The translations under genes and the position numbers were made by a program. Shown piece after piece: positions 22,129-29,875 of a stretch of DNA of 32,000 bases. Location of the stretch: the NCBI GenBank assembly GCA_042852035.1, contig BAAFHK010000003.1, positions 224,473 through 256,472 of the forward strand. The letters run 5' to 3'. The notes below the pieces were generated by a model. That model saw nothing but the letters and a program-made list of their open reading frames with translations. It did no database searches and was not told where the DNA came from. Numbering within the stretch: position 1 is the stretch's first letter; each line of letters opens with the position of its first letter. This DNA is from Candidatus Saccharimonadota bacterium. Lineage in GTDB: Bacteria > Patescibacteriota > Gracilibacteria > BD1-5 > UBA2023.

Positions 22129-23058
22129 TTATGAAACTTTAGTATTTAAATACTGATTCAGCTTTTGAAGCTCTTTGCTGTCTAGCCCTATGTTATAGCA
22201 AGAATACCTTAATGCCTCAGGTGCTGTCTTTAAGTAATTTTGATAACTTACATTCTTTTTGCGTTCTTTTAGCCTTTCGAAAGCTAGTTTCTGAAATTTG
22301 GTTACTTCTATATTCTTAGCAAGATCTAAGCAATAACGGAATTGTTTAGTATTTGGTACATCAACCTTAGTATTGAAATAGTTCTCGATTAAATTCAAAT
22401 ATTCATCTTTTCTCAAGGTTTTAAATATTGTGTCGTGATCAAACCTTGTCATATCCACAATGGCTTCTTGTACAGTCTTGAGAGTATTTCTATTTGTAAA
22501 TTCAATGATTCCTATATTAGTATCCTTATACTCTTCGATGATTTTTGCTAATAACTTTTTACTACTGACTATATAAACTTTATTTGCGAATTTTCTATAG
22601 TCATTTATTTGTTTTTCTAGCTTATCAAGTGTGTCTAATTCTGTCTTTACTTCAAATATCTTTACCTCACCATTGAGTAAGACGAAATCAGCAATTGAGG
22701 ATCATATAGTAAACTCATCAAATACTACAGTATGACTTGTCTTATATTTTGATAATTGACTATGTAAGAGTTTATTCTTATAAAAATACTCATTTCTATA
22801 ATTCCTTAGCAAGTACTCATATAGACTCTCTACAATGTCCTTATATGTAGAACCTTCTTGAATATCAAAATGTTTACTGATTCGATACCTAAACGCCGAA
22901 AAATCACCATCTATAAATTTTTTGATAGACGATGCCGAAAGAAGGGAGGCAATACTGATGAGAGCGTCTTTTTGTAGATCTTGTAACATATTGATTTTCC
23001 TCATTCTAATCGAATTGCTCGATAAAACAACATTTTTACTATACATAAAATTGCACAT
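22129..23058 (-). CDS. PD-(D/E)xK nuclease-fold protein (sce7726-like); start codon uncertain
   Basis: Code-25 ORF. YRNEYFYKNKLL then VVFDEFTI-G-SSIADFVLLNGEVKIFEVKTELD (a D...EVK motif). Candidate starts at 23058, 23046 and further in-frame Met codons downstream. Confidence 0.5.
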
Positions 23059-23094
23059 TCTGTTATATCTTGATTAAAGTAACTATTTTCCTCT

Positions 23095-23316
23095 CTATAC
23101 TATAACACCCTCTCTTTCCACCCTCTCAAGAAATGATCAGACTGAGTTCTTCGGTGTTTGGACTCGGATTGATTCTTGATATTCCTTAAGCTTCTTTACT
23201 TCCTCACGGTGCATTGTCACGTACTGACTTTTCCATCGATTTCCTATTTGCAACTTACGTAACTTGAAATACAGAGGAAGGACAAAGTAACGTTCTGAGT
23301 TTTTACCACCATACAT
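23095..23316 (-). CDS. Small basic ORF (73 aa) abutting the right repeat; in frame with LSR-B across a reconstituted attP
   Basis: ATG 23316 to TAG 23097-23095. The frame stays open upstream through the repeat. Unusually long stop-free stretch for this composition. Confidence 0.35.
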
Positions 23317-23327
23317 ATTGGAATTAG

Positions 23328-23374
23328 CTCTTCAGTCGTCACTTTGTGGCTCTGGAGAGCTTTTTTTAGGTTCG
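23328..23374. repeat. Direct repeat, right copy (putative attR of element B)
   Basis: TGGCTCTGGAGAGCTTTTTTTAGGTTCG (23347-23374) plus the upstream CTCTTCAGT. See 16752-16797. Confidence 0.65.
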
Positions 23375-23707
23375 CCCACTGCTTCATTTCCGACTATCTT
23401 TGATTGGTCGAACCTTTGTTTTTCTTAGCATTTGATAAACCTTAACAATTCTTAACATCTTTCCATATATTTCATGTAACTGATATACCTGGAGAAATGA
23501 CTTATTTGAACTACGCATACAGTTGAAATTTTAGCCAACAGCTACTGCTTATTTTCTTGATGTAAATTTCTATTTCATATAAAATCAATACTTCAGATTT
23601 TTCAAAAATATATCGGAAATCTTAATTTTTACACCATACAATTTAGTTTAGCTTTGAATTATATACAGTATACATATAATTTATCTATCCCCTAAACAAG
23701 AAGTTTT

Positions 23708-25960
23708 ATGCTACAATCTCTTGCGTGAAATCTCCAACTTGAACCAGAAAATTGATCACAAAGAATCTGGCAATTCCTACATCAATATCTGTCACAATTA
23801 GGATCCAATGGTATATTAGGTTATAAGATACCATCATTGTGAAATGAGCAAGAATGGGTTCCTTCAATTATTTTTAGATCAAAAGAACATGGGATAATAT
23901 TAATTGAAATCGCAAAAGATAAACTAGAATCAGTCAATGATAGTGATTATTGGTTTTATAAAACATGACATACTCACACTAGAAATAAAGATAATGTTTT
24001 AGATACATTTAAATGAGAAGTTGAAAATAGACTAAGAAAGAGTAATCAACTATATGATAGAAAAAACAAGATGTTCTTAGTTGAAATTAAAACAATATTA
24101 ATTCTTCCTTTTAATGATAAAGTAGATGAAAAATCACTCTTAACAGAATTATATCCAGATTGGCTCTGTGATAAAGTTCTCTACTCAGATAACTATGAAG
24201 ATGAATTAAAATCACTGCTTTGAGAAAAAGATTTAAATTATGGTGAAGATCAATTGAGTATGATAGATGCATTGCTGGAATGAACAGAATCATTTATTTC
24301 AAAAAATGATTTTATTCCCAATGATCCTAAAACAAAAAATGATTTTATAAAAGAATCTCTCAATGAAACTTTTAGATTAGACCAAACTCAGAGATCTCTA
24401 GCCATGCAAATTCCTAGTTGACCACAACGAATTAGATGACTTGCAGGTACTTGAAAGACAGTGATTTTGTGCATGAAAACAGCCCTAGTACATAAGGATC
24501 ATAAAGATTTTAAAGTACTGTTTTTATTTAATACTCAAAGCATGTACTGACAAATTCGAGATAAGATAACAAAGTATTATTTAAACGAGAAAAAAAGTAT
24601 ACCAGACTGGAATAATGTTCATATTTTACATGCCTGGTGATGAAGATCTCGTGAGTGATTATATTATAGGCTCTGCAATGAGTTGAATATTAAACCAAAA
24701 ACCCTTTTGGATATTCCAAGATGATTTGATGGTACTGAAGTAATTTATAAAGACATTTTAAAATATAAGGATCAACTCAAGCAAGAATATGATATGGTTT
24801 TAATTGATGAGGCTCAAGATTTTCCACAGGAAGTATTTGAGACACTGTTCTATATAACGAAGTGAGATCCTTGAAAGAAAAAAATTATTTGGGCGTACGA
24901 TGAATTTCAAACATTAAAAGATATTAAAATCAAACAACCTGAACAATTATTCTGAAGAGACAATGATGGCAACCCAAATATGCCAAACAATATATTAGAT
25001 TGACAGTATCTTTGATGAATAAAAAAGGACTTCGTTTTACCAAATTCATATAGAAACCCACGCCTCACTTTAATGGTGGCTCATGGAATATGAATGTGAT
25101 TATATAGCGAAAAAGATATAATTCCTATGGAAGATAGGGAATCCTGGATTGCTCGATGATATACTGTCATTGAGCCCGCACAAAAGAATAACTTCTCTGC
25201 AAATGATCAAGTGGTGGTTGAAAGAGAAGACACTTATAGTAAGAATATTTTAGAGAGATTGTTATCTGAAAAATGAAATCATAATGATACATTAATACAA
25301 TTTCATGATGCTGATAATCTAATTTCCGAATTAACTTATGTTAGCTCAGAAATTAAGAAGCTAATTACAGAAGACGGTGTTCCTCCTGAAGAAATAATTG
25401 TTATTACACTTCGAACATCAACATCCAAAAAAGATCTAGAAATGCTAAGATCACTACTTAATCAAAATGGTATAAGTGCGATTACGCCTTGATATGTGGA
25501 ATCTTCAAATATGTTTAAGGAACCATGATCTGTAACCTTGGTTACGCCATTTAGAGCAAAAGGAAATGAGGCAAATATCGTTTTTGTAATAAATTCTCAA
25601 CAAGTTATAGCAAATGCAACTTATGTTGCAAGAGGATCATTTTTTGTATCTGTAACTAGATCCCGATGATGGTGTTATATTTCATGAAATGGAGATTTTA
25701 TAGATAAATTATGACTCGAAATTAATAAAATTATTAGTGATTATCCAAAATTCAAATTTTCATTTCCTAATCCTGAAAGCCTTCAGAGGAGACTTAATCT
25801 TATCAACAATTCAGATAAGGCGGAAAAGGTGGATGAACAAATTGATTTATTATTCTCTGACGAGGTCTCAAAAAGTGTTTTAATGGAAAGATTACTTAAA
25901 GATGAGGCTTTTAAAAAAGTTTATAATGAATATCAAGCAAAAAACAGCAATGATGTTTAG
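23708..25960 (+). CDS. Fused PD-(D/E)xK (NERD-like) nuclease and SF1 UvrD-like helicase
   Basis: 750-aa code-25 ORF. N-terminal HGIILIEIAKDK nuclease-like core. Walker A GLAGT-G-KT, Walker B MVLIDEAQDF, late SF1 motifs TPFRAKGNEANIVFV and VSVTRSR. Confidence 0.7.
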
Positions 25961-26714
25961 TAGAAGAAAATCAGATTTATGAAAAGAGCTTCTGGATGAA
26001 TTAAATCTTATTAATTCATATTTCTCAGAACTCATAATAAGCTCTTGATTTTGTTTAGATCAGGTTAATTCAATAACATGGTGAAACTATGAGCGTGGAA
26101 TTTCTTCCCAATTCTATACCCAAGAATATATGAACCTTGTTAATAAAAGACAATATAGTTTTCTGCTTAAAGAAAATAAAGGATTTATACAATTTTTCTT
26201 TAGCACTGACTGAAATGTTATCACTAAATGAAAGATGGCATTTTATCCATACCCTGTTGAAGTTAATATAGAACTGAATGATATTGAAGAATTGCTTATG
26301 TCTTCGGACGATGATATTTTATGAGAGCATTTAATAAATATACATGAATTACTCGATTCTGAGATTTCATGATCAAATCTAGATAACGAGGAAAGTATTG
26401 CTTATAAGTATTTAAAGAAATACCCTATTACAAATTCTTCACATCTTAGGGTTGATTACTCTCCTGGTGTAAGCAGTCATCAGATTTGTGAAATGCAAAT
26501 GTGATGAATAAATACTGTTCGGTTACCCTTTGCGGTTTTTATTCGTCCATTTATATTTTTCTCATTCATTGTAAAAAATATTTTTCCTGAAGAATATAAA
26601 AATCTTAAGACTCATAAATCAGATCCAATTGATAAATTAATTCAATCACACAAGAAAAAAAGTCTTTTTATAAAAGACTTTAAAGAAGAGAACTTTTATT
26701 TTACCCATATTTAA
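25950..26714 (+). CDS. Uncharacterised partner protein (254 aa) overlapping the helicase stop by 11 nt
   Basis: Code-25 ORF from ATGATG at 25950 to TAA 26712-26714. HLRVDYSPGVSSHQICEMQ followed by a hydrophobic stretch. Possibly a DUF2290-type protein, but that is a weak recollection. Confidence 0.5.
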
Positions 26715-26907
26715 TTAACTTAGTTTAAGTACCCAATTGGAGTAAAAGGTAGAATATACTCTTTTTCTAAGGTTTAAAATTAAATCCATTATTCTAATAT
26801 AACTAAATATTGCTAATTTTTGCAGATGTATATATTTTATCATAATTTTCGACAAAATTCTTTATTGCGGTTCGTGCATGTGCCGTAATTTGTGCACCAT
26901 TATATAT

Positions 26908-26936
26908 AAAATGGCTCTACTAAGTAGAGCCATTTT
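26908..26936. terminator. Bidirectional-looking terminator hairpin
   Basis: AAAATGGCTCTAC-TAA-GTAGAGCCATTTT, a 13-bp stem with an A run on one side and a T run on the other. Confidence 0.55.
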
Positions 26937-26981
26937 TAAATTTGGATGTGGGCCGGTGGTGCCGGCCCGAGGTTGAAGGAT

Positions 26982-27317
26982 TCAGTCCTCTTTGGGGGTG
27001 GGTTTCTTCTTCTCGGCTACCGTCTGTTGGACGATGTGTACCGGGGTGAATGCGCCCAGCGTCACGGAAGCCACGATGGCAATTCCGATGAATCCCCAGA
27101 AGGATTCGAATTGGCTCACTTGGCAGCCGAAGATCTTGTGGAATGCCACCCAGAAGGGGTAGCCAAGAACCTCGATACACCAATACAAGCCATCCTTTAT
27201 CCACTGGAACACTCCAGGGATGACATGGTAGAGTGTTACCCCTACGATGCCGATGACGAGAATGGAGAAGATAGTACTTCCCACACTCCGCCAGTCTGTT
27301 GGCCACACGTTTTTCAA
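26982..27317 (-). CDS. Small Trp-rich membrane protein (3 predicted TM segments) encoded by a GC-rich foreign-looking segment
   Basis: TTG start at 27317 preceded by GGAGAA. 111 codons without an internal TGA, GC-rich third positions. Ends on TGA (26984-26982), followed by the GC hairpin GGGCCGG-TGGTG-CCGGCCC. Under code 25 it would read on to TAA at about 26873-26875. Confidence 0.55.
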   Translation of the reverse strand: MKNVWPTDWRSVGSTIFSILVIGIVGVTLYHVIPGVFQWIKDGLYWCIEVLGYPFWVAFHKIFGCQVSQFESFWGFIGIAIVASVTLGAFTPVHIVQQTVAEKKKPTPKED

Positions 27318-27504
27318 AGTGTTCTCCGAAAGTCAAAGACAAATGTATTATAATTAGTATTTTATATATTTCAAGCAACTCACTTACCACTTACTTACTT
27401 CGCCCTGCTACAATATGGTTATCTTCTCTTCCAGAAGTCTTGGTGTCATAACAAGAAGTGTCATCTATTTCTGGAAGGAAGGTTTCTATTCTTAATTTTC
27501 TCAT

Positions 27505-28113
27505 ATGAAAAATAAATTTATCCTTTCCGGACTTATCATCTCTACAGGTTTCTGATTGTCTGCTACTACATGGGCCTCAAGCAGCACCAACGAGAGAACT
27601 CTTCCTCCTGAATTCTCGGTTCTCTCTGATTCTGATCGAGAAACTCTTTCGACTCTTACTGGTACAGCGCGTGATACATTTCTCGAATCAAAAGGAATCA
27701 CACGACCAGAAGCTGGAAGTGGTATGGAACACGGTTTGAACCATATAGATCTCACAGATGCTGAGAAAACAGCGCTAGAATCTATGACAGAAACTGAGCG
27801 ACAAGCGTTTTTTGTTTCGAAGGGAATCACTCCTCCTACAAATACATGATCAAGTAATCCTCTCTCGAATCAAAATGACCGAAGAAGTTTATGATGAAGA
27901 AACCGATGAGATTCGACTCAAGCTGGACTTATCCAGACTGGCACAACCCAAACTGGGGCAACTATTTCTCGAGCACAAAGACTCAAAAATAATCAAGCAA
28001 AACTCACTTCAGCACGAATAGAGAAAATCCAAAATAAAGTTGTAAGTGGTGAAAAACTTACTCGTCTCGAAAAAGTATTTGCTCGAAAAAATAATATAGA
28101 TGTCGGAGAGTAA
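27505..28113 (+). CDS. Secreted protein with two roughly 29-aa internal repeats
   Basis: Code-25 ORF with signal-like MKNKFILSGLIISTGF. Repeats SDSDRETLSTLTGTARDTFLESKGITRPE and TDAEKTALESMTETERQAFFVSKGITPPT. Confidence 0.55.
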
Positions 28114-28163
28114 TAAAAATGCCCAGGATTCTATAGTGTCAGGCATTGATTTCTGAGAGAAAC

Positions 28164-29279
28164 TTATGGCCTTCTTTCAATAGCATCAAGAGATCTTTTT
28201 AATCTTGCCATTAATTCATCTATTTTTCCTGAAATCAATCAATCAAGTATCTTATTTGCTCTATCGGAAGTTCAAGCGCATAGAGCAGTATTTCTTTCAA
28301 CGATTTTTCGTCATATTTCGACTGGATTTTTCCACACCGTTGAAACATCAACCCCATACGGTGCAATAACGTAGTAATTCAGTCATAATTTTTTAGCATG
28401 TTCGAGACCGTAAAATGCATGACCAGAGCCAACATTTATGATAACTTGATCATATTTTGATGACCTCGCTGCCTCTATCTCTGCACGTGCGGTGTCTATG
28501 AATCGATGTTGGTTAAAATGAGTAATTGCTGTAGAATATTGTCTTATTCCATCACATCAGCATTGCTTTGATTGTTGATCTAAGGTATCTCCATTAAATA
28601 GAGCTAAGCTTGCGCTTCTTACGGTGTGTGGTGACTTCAATCCAATAGCCTGACAGGCTACAGAATCCGTACTGAGTATGTTTTGAGCATAATGTATGCT
28701 ATAATCATCCCTTACCTGTACATCATAGGATGCAACTGGAACAAGATGCTCAATTTTTCCTCACGCAGTTCAATGTACGGCAGATATTAGTTCTGATGCT
28801 TGATGCATTGATTTTCATGCGAGAGCCAGTGCTTGAGAATAGCCTCAATCGAGGGGGTTTGGATCTTGTGGAGTTTTTTTCAGATGGGGAAGGAGGAGAT
28901 TTCATGCAATATTTCTTCTTACCAATTCCTCTCCCTTTTCTCATTTCTTTCTATCCCATCACTCATGAACGAATCCGATTCAGCCTCATTTTATTCATTG
29001 GTTTAAGAGGGTGTCTAAAATCGGTAGGGAATTTCTCTGGGTTTCGAGTCATGAAGGATTCAATCCATTGCTTACGCCAGAGACTCAGTTTCATCTTGCA
29101 TGATTATCAAGTACATAGAAGAGAGTTTTTTTATTTTTCGGTTCAATGTGGGATGCGATGACTCTTGCATGTTGCAAATCAACAGAGTAGCCATTTCAGA
29201 GTTCAATAGGGGCACTATTTGCACTCCCAATAGTTCATGCTAATGAAAAAACGGCAGCTGCCGTAGAGGAAAGTTTCAT
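28164..29279 (-). CDS. Secreted hypothetical protein (371 aa)
   Basis: Code-25 ORF with many TGA-encoded Gly and signal-like MKLSSTAAAVFSLAGTIGSANSA. INVGSGHAF is faintly reminiscent of TraB/ChaN/Tiki-type GxGH proteins, which is not enough for a call. Confidence 0.5.
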
Positions 29280-29350
29280 ATAGTTATAATAAATATTATT
29301 ACAATAATGTCAATTTATATTCACTCAATTTGATAATCCCCCTTCTACAT

Positions 29351-29378
29351 AAAAATCCCCGAATATTCGGGGATTTTT
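29351..29378 (-). terminator. Rho-independent terminator (perfect palindrome)
   Basis: AAAAATCCCCGAATATTCGGGGATTTTT, directly after the TAA at 29382-29380. Confidence 0.7.
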
Positions 29379-29379
29379 A

Positions 29380-29718
29380 TTATTTACTTCTTGGCATACC
29401 ATAGAAATCGAGTCCTTTTTGATCCACCATAGTTTTGGTGATATAATTTTTTTTCTTTCATTTCTTGAAGAATCCGCGTTCATCGATGATACCCATTTCG
29501 ATAAGTTGATCTATATTTTTCGTTGGGAGACGTTTTGGAGGAAAAGCTTCTTTATTCTGATAATAACGATTTCTTTTTTTATAGGACATATTGAAACGAG
29601 ACTCTTTATTTTCATTTCCAGTATAGACAAGGGCCGCCTTCTTCTTGCCTTTTGCAAGTTTACGAGCAGCTGCTTGTTTTTTTACCAGTCGAGATGAAAG
29701 TCCGTGACTATTAGCCAT
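29380..29718 (-). CDS. Small Lys-rich basic protein (112 aa), function unknown
   Basis: ATG 29718 to TAA 29382-29380 with one in-frame TGA. The standard-code ORF start at 29760 was trimmed because it overlaps the tRNA. Confidence 0.5.
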
Positions 29719-29728
29719 TGTTTTTTTA

Positions 29729-29807
29729 TGGAGCGGGGGACCGGGTTCGAACCGACACACCCAAGGGTTGAAGCCTTAGTACACTCACTCTTTTATGTTA
29801 CCCCCGC
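29729..29807 (-). tRNA. tRNA-Gly (anticodon UCA), the UGA-decoding tRNA of genetic code 25
   Basis: Reverse complement GCGGGGG-TA-ACAT..GTGT-..-TAAGG-CTTCAAC-CCTTG-GGTGT-GTCGG-TTCGAAC-CCGGT-CCCCCGC-T-CCA. Anticodon loop C-U-UCA-A-C. G1:C72, C2:G71, G3:C70 and U73 are bacterial GlyRS identity elements. Confidence 0.8.
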
Positions 29808-29875
29808 ATATTGGATAATCGGTTTCCCGAAGTGCGTGCGTATATTATAGTGAGAAAGAAAAAAGTCAAAAAGTT

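Larger units (their letters stand above)
16752..23374. mobile_element. Integrated element B (about 6.6 kb) downstream of tRNA-Arg, with LSR-B at the left end
   Basis: Flanked by the 16752-16797 and 23328-23374 direct repeats. Serine recombinase next to the left repeat. Terminase-small-subunit-like gene and a three-gene candidate defence operon inside. Confidence 0.6.

Noticed and set aside
26920-27390. Alternative ORFs in the GC-rich segment (156-aa minus frame and 135-aa plus frame at 26946-27353)
   Set aside because: GC-rich DNA is open in several frames. Only the 26982-27317 frame gives coherent TM segments, has a GGAGAA site before its start and has GC-rich third positions. The others are Arg/Gly/Pro-rich artefacts.
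27501-27830. 109-aa minus-strand ORF; also the plus-strand ORFs at 28730-29161 and 29419-29697 and the minus-strand ORFs at 28750-28944, 29972-30316 and 30580-30903
   Set aside because: These are antisense to better-supported code-25 genes: the secreted repeat protein, the 28164-29279 protein, the Lys-rich protein and ELP3.
28164-29279. Calling the secreted protein a TraB/ChaN/Tiki-family enzyme
   Set aside because: Only a single GSGH-like string supports it, which is too weak without a profile search. It is left as hypothetical.
29458-29760. N-terminal extension of the Lys-rich protein (MCRFEPGPPLHKKT...)
   Set aside because: The extension is the antisense of the tRNA-Gly(UCA) 3' half. The start was moved to ATG 29718 and the end extended through the TGA to TAA at 29380.
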